A stretch of DNA of 42,385 nucleotides from Paraglomus brasilianum (Eukaryota), in assembly GCA_910592345.1 (NCBI GenBank), contig CAJVPI010000211.1, forward strand, positions 1-42,385, given 5' to 3'. The translations under genes and the position numbers were made by a program. Of this stretch, positions 1 to 12,935 are shown in pieces (within the stretch, counting starts at the first letter, position 1; each line of letters begins with the position of its first letter). Under the pieces are notes generated by a model. That model was not told the origin of the DNA, did no database searches, and saw nothing but the letters and a program-made list of their open reading frames with translations.

Positions 1-749
1 TCTTCCTTGCGAGCATTGTATTGTAAGCCGTTCCGAAAATGTTGGCACGTGTCACATAAATCCGTTCTTGGACTCATAATTTGAATATAAGGCGGCGTTA
101 ATTGGTGCCATAACTTACGGAACGCATCATATTTTAACAATTTCAACGTGCTATCGTTTTCGAGGCCTGCAATAAAATCACGACAGACCGATTTGTAACT
201 CGTTTCGGCTGGCAAAAGGGTAAGCGATTGAGTAATGCGATTGACATTTCTACCAGGACTCGGTAATCCATGAATTTCAGCGTAATTCTCAAGAAAATTC
301 TTCACAACGGTAACAACGGTTATATCAATAGTTATTTTGGTTTTCCATCGCGGCATTTTTTTTACATTACCATGAACACGCAGTATTATACCATTCGTTT
401 CCAAATGATTTCTGACGTTTTCGAAGTGAGTGCGACCAATTCCTAGCATATTAAGATACGTTTTCTGACAAAGAGGCGTATTGCGATCTCAATAATAAAA
501 CGTTCGCTTATTAGCACGCGTTTTCTTTTTAAGACGTCGACTGGCAGTTATTTCTCCACCATTCATTGCTTTCAACTGGGCCATTAAAAATATATCTTGT
601 TCGGATCTAGAGAGAGCTTGAAACGCTTCACGTAACTCAGCAAACTTTTCTCTCGGAATCTTTTTTGAGCAACCACATTTGCAACCTATCTCTGGGAAGC
701 ATATGGCTTTTTCATATTCAGTAGAACCATTATAATTATAATCTTTCAT
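1..749 (-). mobile_element. Sola-like DNA transposase, N-terminal part, with an in-frame TGA; runs off the window edge
   Basis: ORF 489-749 continues in the same frame past one TGA (489-491) to base 1: ...FYY*DRNTPLCQKTYLNMLGIG...RVHGN...EIHGLPSPG...FRKLWHQL...SPRTDLCDTC. The CxCGC, HGN, GLPxPG and PRTDLCxxC motifs resemble Sola-superfamily transposases (recognised from memory). Confidence 0.65.
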
Positions 750-1128
750 ATACGGGTACTCTTATATATAATTTTTATTAGTTTGTGGTTATTATCATGC
801 TCTTTAATTCATGTTTTCACTGTAAAAAAACCAAATTAATAATTGGTTTCACATGAAATGACATGTTTTTTGTTCATTACAACAGATTGTAATCTTATCT
901 CGTCGAGAAATGCAAATTGCATATTTTTACATAAAAAGACAGCAATTAATTGTCCCTAAATAACTCCATCACGCTACCAACCACTCTTCTTCATTCGGAA
1001 CTAATTCCCTCTGCCTTTCCGCAATTTATCTAAAGCTCTCCTAGGTGGGGGACAATATAGGGAATAAAAAGGGGTTAATGAATGTAAAACCAGCGACAAA
1101 CAGAAAAACGAAGCTATCAGATAGCTAT

Positions 1129-2157
1129 TCAGTCATCGTCGTTTTCTCCCTGCAAAAGTGATTCCCGAATTTGGACTAAAGCTTTCAACACGGCTCGTCT
1201 TCCGGCCGGTTGAGCGATATTGAAACCGGACGACAAAGTATTCTCACGCGGCCATCTTTGAACCTCAACAGACTGACTATGTGGCACGCCATCTTCAAGT
1301 TCTCTCCAATACGCGGCAGGAATATCGGCCTTATAAAACGTAACATAATGAGAAATTGTGCGAATGGCCCATAACGTCTGATCCCGATATTGATATTTCT
1401 CTTCACGCATATTCTCATTTGCACAAGCGAGAATCTCCACACTGATCTGGGATTCTCCAAATCCATTGTTTGGTCTGACGTTGCTCAAATGTTTGTCCTG
1501 TAAGAAAGTTGCTTGAGATGACGAAAATAACTTTTGTTCAAGCGGTCAAAACCCACATACCTCGACTACCACAACAAAGATTTTTCTTTTCTTTACTACA
1601 AATTCAGGGTCCGATGATACACGGGAATCTGCAATGTCTAATATACATAAGGGATGATTTCTGGATTTTAAAAATGTAACTTTAGAACCATTGCATTCGT
1701 CTATTTGTCAAAACAGGACACAAACGCAGACACTGACCTGACACTTAAGGGCCAGTCATTCAGCTCAACGATGCGCAGTAGATCATCCACAAGCGTATCA
1801 GTGAGTGTTTCAGCTGTGCCCACCACCAGCATGCCATTCATCACAACCTCATGCAACTTCGCAAAAAAAGTGCGAACTTTCTTATTCGTAATTTCATCAA
1901 TATTTTCAACGTCGAACAGTGGATTTCCAATTACTTCATGTGTGACATCAGGAAGAACATACTCTTCTGGAATACTTGTGTCTGAAAATTATTTAGTTTA
2001 TGTTCGCTGAGAGGACTACTAATATAACATAGCTCGTACCTTCAACTGTTGGTATAACATCGCTCTCAGCAGATGCTGGGTTGACTCTCACTCTCAATAC
2101 CTCAATGTGGGAGTTCTTGAACAGAGAGGCCGAAGAAGGGAGGTTGTCCAAATTCAT
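1129..2157 (-). CDS. 4-exon hypothetical protein with a PD-(D/E)xK (restriction-endonuclease-like) motif
   Basis: Exons 2157-2040, 1981-1738, 1660-1561, 1497-1129. GT..AG introns (GTACGA, GTCAGT, GTATGT donors) join in frame: MNLDNLPSSASLFK...SSDPEFVVKKRKIFVVVVEDKHLSNVRPNNGFGESQISVEILACANEN... The fold assignment is an inference. Confidence 0.75.
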
Positions 2158-2414
2158 CAGGTGCCGATCAGATTGTGTATAATATTAAAAATATTACGTT
2201 AACAGTTACAGATTTGAAACTAAAACAGTTGATTTGTCGATCAAACAGTCTGATATTTGATGCAAATGAACAAAGGCGTCGTCATCATTTGGATTGGTTT
2301 GCTGGTAAAATAGAAGTTGATGAATATGTCCCTCATTGTTGACAAAGAACCCGTCCCAGAGTTGACATCTTTATTAATAATAATCAAACAGTAACAAGAA
2401 AGCAGCTATTTGTT

Positions 2415-2651
2415 TTATGTTTCTAATTTTCGTTTCTTTCTTGGTTCATCATAAGTTGGTGTTAATATTCGTTTATTATTATTGGTTTTTATTTTTCTTT
2501 CTTCTTGATAAATTTCATAAGTGATTTTTTCTTGATCTAGATATTGCTGGAGAGTTTGGGTATTATTGATTTTAAAAACATAAGGCGCAATTTTCTCTCC
2601 TTGAGCTTTTTTTAAAATACTTCGAATAGTACTGTAATTTTTGGGTTCCAT
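2415..2651 (-). CDS. Small 78-aa basic protein with a C-terminal NLS-like motif (PRKKRKLE)
   Basis: Uninterrupted ORF, CCACCATGG start context, TATATAAA about 30 nt upstream (2681-2688, - strand). No recognisable family. Confidence 0.45.
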   Translation of the reverse strand: MEPKNYSTIRSILKKAQGEKIAPYVFKINNTQTLQQYLDQEKITYEIYQEERKIKTNNNKRILTPTYDEPRKKRKLET

Positions 2652-2947
2652 GGTGGATTTAATGTAAAATATTAATATTTTTTATATAGGGATAATCCTA
2701 TATTACTCCTGTTATGATTTATATTCCTCACATTCTGGTATGATAAAGGGAGCATTAAAATTAACAAGGCAAAACGTCAACAGTCACCCTGATCAATTTT
2801 ACAGTCACACCATAATCAGCCTCTCATTTATGTCACATAATCAAATGTTCACTTTGTCTGGTTTTGTTGCAGTCTGCCCCATATAATATACAGAATGTGG
2901 AAATAATAAGTTTGTTTCTTTGCCCATTTATTTTACAGGACGGATGT

Positions 2948-3010
2948 ACTGCAAGTGACCCTGGTTATAACGACAGCTGAATAAAACGACAATTCCTCAA
3001 TAACGACTTT
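2948..3010. mobile_element. Degenerate pogo/Tigger-like terminal repeat
   Basis: GTGACCCTGGTTATAACGAC followed by repeated AACGAC subterminal motifs. No partner TIR found. Confidence 0.3.
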
Positions 3011-4954
3011 TTTTGAAAACTGAAGACTATTTCATTCAAAAGTTGGCTGCATATACCGCGTACTTCCATACGATTTATTCAACGATGTATATAATTATCA
3101 TACTCAGAATTCAGAATTAATTGACAAAATTGTACATAAAAAAGCCGAGTATATACTTTATTGTTTTAATTAATCCATTGTCTACTTTATAATAATAACT
3201 AAATGACTTTTCTCTGATTTTGGCTTCTTCGCGTAATTCTTTTTGTTCTCCCTCCAAGAACTTAGTTTTTAATGTTAAATAAGGATTACAGGTAATGATT
3301 CATTTAATAAAGATTCAATTCAATTATTTTTTTGTTCTAAGGACAGCATGATGAGATCTTTAAAAATGCAATAGCATGAGATCAAGTTATAAGGAACAAT
3401 GCTTACAGAACATCTAGAAAGACAAAGACCAGCAGACAATGAAAAATTCAATTGCAGATCGCGAATTTAAAGTACTATTTATACAGCAATTTTCAACCTG
3501 TGGAATTCGGTTCTGAAGAGCCACAGGCAACTGAACATCAAATCTACCTGTCCAAATATTCTGAAAACTCATCAGAAAAGACTGTATATAATGGATTCTC
3601 TAGTACAAATATACTACTGAATATGAAAAACACCAAGGTTATGAGACTACTTCCCTATTTTGCCATTGCATAAATCTTGTCTCACAACCTGCAAAACTCA
3701 ATTTGGTGACAAAGACAAAGTCAAGCACCTAAATTCAGTGGGACATCATTATTTGGTAATATCAAGTAATAAAAGCTTATGATACAGTGCTACAATATGT
3801 TTGATGCATATGCAGAACGTAACCATGATCGCGTTTAAGAGACCGGGAAAAAAAAAAGAAAAAGAAAAAAAAAAAACAACGAATATCTTCATCAACAATG
3901 TTTGCTAATTCTATGCCAGGATCGAATGGTGCATTTACTGATACCCTTTTAGTCACCACTGTCTAAGACGCAGTTATTAGAAAGTGAATCCTCCCCGAGA
4001 TACAAATTTTATATTTTAAAAAGACAGTCACATTAATTCCTGTTCAGCAGTAAATTTTAATCGATTATCTTCTGCAGTCTATAATATGCCTCAAAACTAG
4101 ATTATGTAAGAACAAGCAAGCGATATTCATCCTGAAGTTAAAACATTATTGGTTCGTAAGGTTGTGCAGTGATACGACAGCAAAAGCAGAACGTTATAGC
4201 TATTCGAATTTTTACCAATTTAGGCATGAAAGCAAAATATGAAAAAACTATTACAGACTCGCAGAGAGAGCAACTCAAGACGCAGAATTTCCGGATAAGT
4301 ACATCTACATCCTAGATGAAAAATTGCAAAAACTCACAGAGGATGCGACTGTAGTCAGAAACAGTTGATCTTAACACTAGTTAATACTTTCTGCCGTTTC
4401 AAATTCACTTCTCCACAATATAATCTTTTATCATAACAGGTTTCGCAAAGTTTTGGTTTGTATTATAAGCGAACTCCGGAATAACGGCGAAACGGGAATA
4501 ATATACGCGAATACATACGTTTCGATATTCATCTCACCCTTGTACTCGGTTCTCAGACGTTAAAGCGAATATTAAAATAGGAATGAAGTTTGAATAAGAG
4601 CCCCTGTGTTAGTATTAAGAATGCACGACCCTCTAGGAGTCATCATCATCATCATACACCTTTGAAGAAGACGATAATTGAGTAGATAAAACGCTTGATT
4701 GTAGAATGCGACCTACATGTATTGACGGCCGAGTTAGTATTAATGCTCAATTCATATCTACAGTTGCTGATACAGTAGCACCTTCATTATCATCTGTAAC
4801 AAATGTTATAGATGCAAGCGCAATTGTCTTGTATACCGACGATATAAGATACTCACAAACGCCTTTTGATAAATAAATACGTCTTTTGGACATTCCACAT
4901 TACATTTGTATGAAAACGAAACCGTCATACAGTAATCAATAAATTCGAACGTCA

Positions 4955-6160
4955 TCATTTCCTCATTGAGGTGTACTTATTACGCTCCGTTGGAGAGAAC
5001 TTCTCGATACTATATCTAAGCATTACACGGGGCATCTTTGCTGCATGATTATCTAAAAATTTCACGAGCACCTTCTTATCCTACAAAGGCGGTAGGGAAA
5101 GTAATATGAAATTGGTATATTGACGAAAATAGCCGTTGCCCTCTCTATCAACAAATCTTTTGCGTCTCATTTTTCTTTTTACCTGCTTGCCTATCTCTCT
5201 CAGCATCCATCCAGTAGCCTTATGCAACAAGTCTTCTGGATCGCTAAGAAACGTCTCGGCCAATCTCAATGTGTCATCAAATTGGCGTTCGGCGATGAAG
5301 TAATGAGTAGCAACCATGGCAATTCTCCGATCCCATAACCTATCAGACTTGGCAAAATTGTCGTACAACCAATGCTGCTTCAGTTCAGGCTTTTCATGCA
5401 GATACGCTCCAACAATCTGTTTAGCGGAAGTATCTAGAATAAAATTAGTAGACAATCGTATTTTGCTCTATTCTTTGTCCCTTCCAAATAGAATCTATCG
5501 CCCTTACCCACGAGATCCCAGTTATTAACACCATTCCGCATGTCGTTAACGTAGAAATGGAAGATGCTCTCTTTCTCGTCATCGTTCCCAACACTTTGCA
5601 TGATCTTGTATCTATTTACAATGTCAACTAATGCTAGTAATCTTTCTTCGTGATATTTAGATAGGATAAGCTGCTTAAGAAGAGGGTAATCAAAGAATCC
5701 CATGTCTTTTGATATAGAACGCACAGCAGGCACAGTAATTCCCATTAAAACATCGTCGTCTTCATATTCTTCTACTCGAAAATATTTCGTTGATATAGCT
5801 GCACGTTTATTTGACGACAATTTTACCAAATTCTGGTGCAATTGTTCATATGATGGCTGTGGCTCAGCAAACGCTCCTGCACTGCTTTTTTTTGCCTTGT
5901 TCAGAACCTCCTGGGTCTGGAGGTTGACTGATATTGCATCAGACTTTGCCCTGGCTACTATTTGGGTTGCGCTGCGTTTCTGAAAAAGGGTAGCTTTTTT
6001 AGTATAAGTATTGCATCGCATTTTTCTCTGTATCATGTTCACCTAGCACCTGCTTGATATTCCCTTAACGTCATGTGATAGTCACCTTTATGCGCTTTGA
6101 CCGAACAGGTTCCGTATTTACCAAAGATGGTGTGCGCTTGCGTGAGCGAGTTTCCACCAT
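4955..6160 (-). CDS. alkD: AlkD-family DNA alkylation repair enzyme (HEAT-like-repeat DNA glycosylase) with a basic N-terminal extension
   Basis: Exons 6160-6086 (MVETRSRKR..., less certain), 5979-5508, 5433-5183, 5080-4955. The spliced product has GITVPAVR, SKYHEERLLAL, NNWDLVD, LWDRRIAMVAT, LLHKATGWMLREIGK and MPRVMLRYSIEKF, all typical of AlkD. Confidence 0.92.
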
Positions 6161-6455
6161 CGAATCTTTCCTGAACTACGCGATCATCTGTGGATTAATA
6201 AGTGACATGACAATGGGCACTGCCAGGGAAGTGATTGGACGAAATTTACTGCAATTCTTGTGCGCCTAACAATGTTTCTTTGCACGCGAACGCAGTTAAA
6301 TGTTTGGTTTGACATACATCCCGAGGAGCTTCCGAGTGTGATGACGTAATGGCCTTTCGAAAGATACATATTGCCCTGACCTGTAAATCCCGAGGGTAAC
6401 CGGAAGAGTCTTCGATGTGATCGAGTTCGTAGCATTTAAATTAGTGCCAATTAAT

Positions 6456-6482
6456 TACAGTCGAACCTCGTTAATCCAAACT
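6456..6482. mobile_element. Isolated pogo/Tigger-like TIR
   Basis: TA-CAGTCGAACCTCGTTAATCCAAACT matches the TA|CAGT.GAACCTC terminus style. No clear partner end. Confidence 0.4.
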
Positions 6483-9271
6483 ACGTGTATTTTTCACAGA
6501 TTAATAAAGTCAATTTACGATATTAACACTATGCATTTCTTATAATTTAGAGACTCAAACTCTTTTTGAATAAACTTGTAATTCAACGGCTTATTTACGA
6601 TTATATTCAAAGGTTCGAATTATACGATGTGCTTCCACGTATGTCAAATGGTTGAGTTAACAAGATGCCGAAATAGAATCGTGCACGTTTGCCTTGACTA
6701 TGTAAGAAAATATGATATATTATTTATTAAAACATAAATCTTGAGACTAATGTTTTATGAAATTGGTAATGAGTGTTTGATGCTGAATAAAATACGTAGC
6801 AACATTCGAGCTCGGTTCGAAGCATTTCAGCACCAGCCGGATGATGCGTGCTTCCCGACATTGTTTATGGCCCCATGCAGTCAGACTTTACGACTAGAAT
6901 GCAGATGGTAGTCCGAGAGTTTGAGCAAACAGTTTCACAGTAAGAAATGTTTAAATATCCCCAATTACAATTGCGATGCGCGTACCTTATTTGGTAACGT
7001 TTTGAGTTACTAAATTTGGTAAGGATATAGTTTAGCACTCTAATCTATTGCAAAATACCTACTACTAAATATGGTACTAGTACTGATGAGAACACACTAA
7101 ATATCGTTTATCACGTGGTTCTCTGTAGTTACTTGCTATTACGTATTCAAAAAATTGCGAGTTCATTAAACATATATTATGGTTACCCTATCAACGGTTA
7201 TTTTTCCCCAAATTTGGTATATAGCGATTCCTTCATACTCGTCCACGAAAAAGGGATGTCAGACCTGCGCTATCAAAATTACCGACTGCTCAATCAAAAA
7301 AGATTTTCCTAGTCATATTCATTTGTCAATTTATGCAAAAGTGAAAATAGGAAAGACATAATGAAAATCAAGTAAAACGTGGTGATTGACAATAAATTTT
7401 TGTGCTTGAACGTTAAATAATCTTAATCATTAATTTACATCATTATATCTGTATCGATACTTAATATTAACTTTGATTACTAATATAATAACAATGCCGA
7501 CGTATGAACTATAAAGACGTCATGAAGAACAAATGAATTAGTCGTCAGTATGACAAGAGAGTGCATGTCTTAACTGTGACACAGAATCGAGGGTACAATG
7601 ACGCGATGTGCTGGTTGTCGCGAGTAGTAAGAGGCATTTTGTATAGCAATCGCTAGATGTTTCCACAATAACTCGAAAAAATCAACTTTTTATTGTTCGG
7701 CCTTGAGGCATCCATTGAATCAGTGTCCTATTATTTATAAACTATAATCCTATCAACCTCGTTCTCAAATCTGCTAAGCTTGACACATAAACAAAATAAA
7801 CCGTAACACAGGTAAAAAGCAACTAAATTAGAATGGTTAAACAAACAAATAATTATTATGTAATGCGATTTAACACAAGAGAGAGGCGGCGTTATGTTAT
7901 TATGCTAGGCATTCCATCTCCTAGAGTTCCATTCGTTTATATGCAGATTGACATTACGAACTTACGTAATACATAATATATTATAACATACCAAAGCCAT
8001 TCATTAGCCATTACCCCAGGTCAACCACAGTAATAACCATTATTTGTGTAGTTTCAAAAACCAGAACAAGACTCTCCTTTACTGACAATATGTATAAAGA
8101 AAAAGCGAAAAGAAAACAGCAAAAAAAGGAAGAAGGAAAAAGAATTAAGAATATAACACTATAAAAAGAATACAATTAAAATATGCATCCATCGGCCTTT
8201 TCTTTATAGCATTTGTATGGGAGGAGGAAAGGACAAGAAAAAAAAAAAGTAGACGTGAATCAACAAAAAGAAGAAAAAGTAAAAAAAAAAAAAATACAAG
8301 AACAAGTAAAAACAACTGCTATCACTCAATTTTTACAGTGTATGGTACAAAAAAGGTGTAACAACAAAAGACAAAAAATGAAGAAAAAATAGAAAAAGAA
8401 AAAGAAAAAGAAACATCAAACACACACATGGCATTTTCTTTTCCTTTTCATGAAATCACACATTACATTTGTCATTTGCCTTTTTTGAGGGGGAAATCGA
8501 GATTGTGGAAAGGGAGAAGAATAAACGTTGAAAAGCTAAAAAAAGCATGATAATAAAAAACCCCTCATTAAATTGTAAGAGAATTTTTTCCAGCTTTCCA
8601 GCTTATGCGTTATGCAGAAATAACATCATAACTTCTGCGGTCATTACAAAGGCTTTTTTTTTCGGTTCACACACAGTCATTGCGATAAATGGGGGTAGAC
8701 GAACAATTCACGACAAAGTAGTCATAAAAAAAAAAGAGAAACAGAAAAAGAAGAAAAGAAAAAAAAAGAGTTGAGAGATTATTATGAATTTACACTTGTG
8801 GAACGAGAGAAAGCTATTACTAATCAAAACCCTGTGTTAAAATTAGTCTTGTAGAAAAGTGAGGAATTAGACCAGAAGGAAAAACTAGTGGGAAGAGTAG
8901 CAGAGTATATTGGATTGGGAGGAGAACAAAAGGGTAAAGCAAGAAGAAGAAAAAAAGACTATATACTCAAAGTAAGGTCCAGCTTCTTAAAATTGAGTAA
9001 TGTTTTATAACAAAACATTGGCGCTATCCAAACGTCCAGTGTCTTGAATGATACTCTCTCCCAACTAATCAAACATAGTATATATTATATATATATATAC
9101 ATGTATATGTACCAACCGTTCCTTGCGCACCACCATCATTAAAAAATACACCAATAATCGCCAATAAAACAAAACCACAACCATTATTTTCCCGTTATGT
9201 ACAACCAGCTCTTGAAAAGACTCCTTGAATTGTGCTCCAACCCGACATTACACGCCATTCTCTGTTCTTTC

Positions 9272-11372
9272 TCACATCGACGGATAACCAGAGTAGTGTG
9301 GATTATACATGTTTATTGGTACCATAGTGGGACCCTGGTAATACGACATACCTTCCGGAGGTGATGAGACGGGCGATGCAGGCGACGGCGCCCCAACATG
9401 TAAATCTTCATGCCCGGGTGACGCATGTCCACTTATGCTTCCTCGCTTCCCCTGAGCACTCAACAAGTGTTCGTTGCGAGGTGAAGCATCTACAAACCCT
9501 GTTGGCGACAACGCTATCGTAGGTGTTGGCGAGGGTTGTTGTTGGTGTACCGACTGAGACGATAGCTGCGGTGAAGAATTGGACGGAACAGGCGATCGAT
9601 GCGGCTGTATATGGTTAGATTGGAGAGATGGCGAAGTTGAAGAATGTGTGGTCTGGCTTGTTGATGCGGCCGTAGCGGGAGTTGGTTGGGATGGTGAATA
9701 GAGAACAGGAGAGTGGCTGGATTGAGGTGGGAACATCGCATAAGTATCTGAAAGCATTACCGTTGTCGTGGTTGATCCCCAGGAATCGCTATAACCCAAG
9801 GTTGGGTGAGCACCGGCGTTGGTTTGTTGCGGTGATAATTGCGGATATTCGCTAATCATCTGGTTGTATGCGTGCGACTCCATTGTCATTGGTGCACCCG
9901 CGTTTTCCATCCCAGTGTTTCCGAGCGACGGTGAATTGCTGGACATTAGATTGTGATCATTGTGGTTTTGATTCTGCAGGTCGTCGTTTTTATAGCTTTC
10001 TGGCATGGACGTGTAAATAGAGTAAGGGATTGGTGGGGATAAAGCTGCAGTCGAGAGGTTTGTTTGCAGAGGTGACTCGGACTTGATTGTCGGAGTGGTG
10101 GCCATTGTGGTGTCTAGGCGTAGGCGCTTAGCCCGTGTATCGTGAAGGGTTGGTGACGGTATTGGATGGGTATGTTTCAAATTACGCAAGGCCTCGTGCA
10201 GTATTGTGGTACCTTATGAATGAGGAAAAAAAGAATAACAATGAGAAACAAACGATCAAACAGTATATATGTGACAAATCGAGATCAAATAGTATATATG
10301 TGACAAATCGAGATCAAATAGTATATATGTGACGACAATCCTACCTTCGGGAAAATTCCCAGTCACCAACTGCGTCAAGGCCACCAAATGCTGCTGATGC
10401 CTATGTAAACCATCGGCAAGATTCTTCACCTCTGGCAATAACTTATCCGAAACAATACTGTTCATTTGTTTCAAATCTTTCCTCAAGTTTTCCGTAACTT
10501 CCTGCAAGTCCTTTATCCTTTCCCTCATCTGTCCTTCTTCTCCTGCTCGCTCTTTATCTTTTCCATTCTCACTATTAAAGGAACACGTCATACTACTCTC
10601 CTTGCTTGCGCTGCTTTTGGGTCCTGTTGTAACTCCGAAAGACGTATCTGTTTCGTTGGTTCGCGGTGGGCGCCGGCGTGTAGGTTTTGAGACTCGGCGA
10701 CGGATATGAGGAAGCAGGTCCTGTCGACCACGACGAAACTGGGGATGGGAAAAGACGCAAGCGTGCTTTGAGCGTACATGTTTTGATTTTCGGGCGTCAG
10801 ATACGCGATAGAAACCATAGATCTAAGTAGAAAGAGGGAATAAAAGTCAGTAATGTCCAAGTAAAGCAGAGTTTGGATGGTAATAATTTTGGGTACTGTT
10901 ATCAACAAAACGAAGGAAAAAAAAAACTTGTATTCAATCCTTACATTCAATTGCCTCACAAAAGAAGTAAATTTGCAATGCTTGAAAAACTTTGGTAACA
11001 CGTTTGCTGCGAATTCATCCATGTTGCATATCACAAATACGTCTCCGCTGTCATTCCAAGTGAGATACTCTTTATACTCATCGCCGTCGAGAAGTCTTTG
11101 AAACGAAAAGGCATGATTACAGCAGACAGTTAGCAAATAGCGATGGGTGACGCTTGATCTGAACGACGGATCAATACTTACTGATATAACTTGGCAACAA
11201 ATACAGACACGGTATCTAAATCATATTTCCCACTCTCTTCTGGATATGTATGCTGGTCACCTTCTGAGCAGTTTGGAATGTGACTTCCATCAAACACTCC
11301 ATAAGGTAAAATATCAGCTGCTTGAGAAGGTATTATTCCTGTTGTAAGCTGGTTTCGTGCTAGGTCTGTCAT
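9272..11372 (-). CDS. HSF-type DNA-binding domain transcription factor (coiled coil, Ser/Pro/Gln-rich C-terminus)
   Basis: Exons 11372-11182, 11095-10945, 10822-10345, 10212-9272 give [73 protein letters not shown], then a heptad region (RIKDLQEVTENLRKDLKQM) and a low-complexity tail. No receiver domain. Confidence 0.93.
10263..10333. repeat. 29-bp tandem repeat (about 2.4 copies) inside HSF intron 3
   Basis: GTATATATGTGACAAATCGAGATCAAATA starts at 10263 and 10292, with a partial copy at 10321. Confidence 0.95.
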
Positions 11373-12229
11373 ATTTGTGATTGATACGAGTGGTTGAAAA
11401 AAGGGGGGAGTCGAAGAAAGGGAGGAGATAGCCTGCTGAGAGTAAGCTGGATATAATGTTTTTTATTCTTAAAAGGTTGATTTGTGCAAATATAACAGTT
11501 TTGAAGAAGAGTGCTGTACTGCTTTGGGAGAGTGTAAAAAAAAATAATACAATAATAGTGCTCGTCTGAATGGGAAAGATGAGTATAGTGGTGTCTGTGT
11601 GTTAATAAAGTTAATTATCTGAATATCCTCGTTGTAGTTGCAAGTTGCTTTATACAAGAGTAATGTTGGGGGATTGAAAGTTGTTGAGAGGTGGAAATGT
11701 TCGTCTTTCTTTGTGTGGAAAGTATGCTGTCCGAGATTTGGTTTTTTCACCGTCTCAAGTAGGTTTCTTTTTCTTTTTTTACAACCGTAGTATATACTGT
11801 CGTCTCAATGGGGGTTCAGAATGCTTTTTTCCTCGGCTGTTGTTTCGATATTAATCGAATGATATATTTCGGAGGGGGGTTTCGTTTTTTTTGCGTTCGA
11901 GATAAAATATTTATCTCTTTGTGTCTTTCGTTAGATAATATATAGCGGAGAGAATATTCAATGTTAACACACAGACCACCACAGTCTGAAAAGTTTGTTA
12001 TCGCGGCGCGCGCAGCAGACACAAGGTCGTTATTGAATGAAAGTGAGAAGAGATACAAGCATGAAAGTTGTTATTATAGTTTTAGTATCTCCCCATTTAT
12101 CGTTAAATATCGCGTTGGGTGTGTGTGAGCGAAGAAAAGGTTCGGGTGTGTGTGAGCGTGTGTGAATGGAAAGGGTGCAGCGGGGGGAAGGGCAAGGATA
12201 TATGCACTGTTTTTGGGGTGAGGGGTATC

Positions 12230-12301
12230 GGGGTTGGGGGTTGGGGGTTGGGGGGGGTTGAGGGCTTGTGTCGGGAATTTTGGTTGGAATTTGAGGGGGG
12301 G
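12230..12301 (+). repeat. G-run tract (GGGGGTT)n with G-quadruplex potential, upstream of the HSF gene
   Basis: GGGGTTGGGGGTTGGGGGTTGGGGGGGGTTGAGGG...GAGGGGGGG. Confidence 0.7.
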
Positions 12302-12759
12302 AAAGTTTAGAGTAAAAATTTGGTCTGCGTGGTTGTGTTGGTAAGACTACGATAATAGTGGGAATTGGGTAATCTAATTGGTGATGGAATGAATATATCT
12401 TTTAATGCAGTGTGTATATTTTTTTTAATAAAGTGTTTCTGATCGTTGGTTTCCGTGTGGATGATGGCGGTACAATGTGAGCATTAGAAGGAGTGTTGTA
12501 TAACAAGACCGAGATGGATGAGTATGGTAAGATTAATATGGATATGGAAAATGGTGACAGGTCACAGAGTGGCGATGAGTTGGAAAGTGGACGAACTGGT
12601 GAGTGAAATGTAAGTTATGATATCATATATTTACTATTATTAGTTATATTAATGATACCACATAGCATGATTACTTATTTTCATTGTGATTATTTTATTG
12701 TGCAAAAATTCAAGGGTGATTGATTGATTTCATTTACGGTTAAATTATACAATATTTGA

Positions 12760-12935
12760 TATACATACACATATACACATATACAACATACACAACATAC
12801 ACAACATACACAACATATACAACATATACAACATATACACATATACAACATATACACACATATACATACATACCATACATAACATATCATACATAACATA
12901 CATAACATACATAACATACCATACATAACATATAC
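12760..12935. repeat. Compound ACAACATAC / ACATAACAT microsatellite
   Basis: Degenerate 9-bp units. Explains the spurious ORFs 12690-12965 and 12745-13002. Confidence 0.9.

Noticed and set aside
489..491. In-frame TGA as selenocysteine or programmed readthrough
   Set aside because: Transposase context and no SECIS evidence; a nonsense mutation is simpler.
6184..6435. 83-aa ORF as the first exon of AlkD
   Set aside because: Ends in a stop with no supported in-frame splice; ATG 6160 with a TACTAA..TTTCAG intron fits better.
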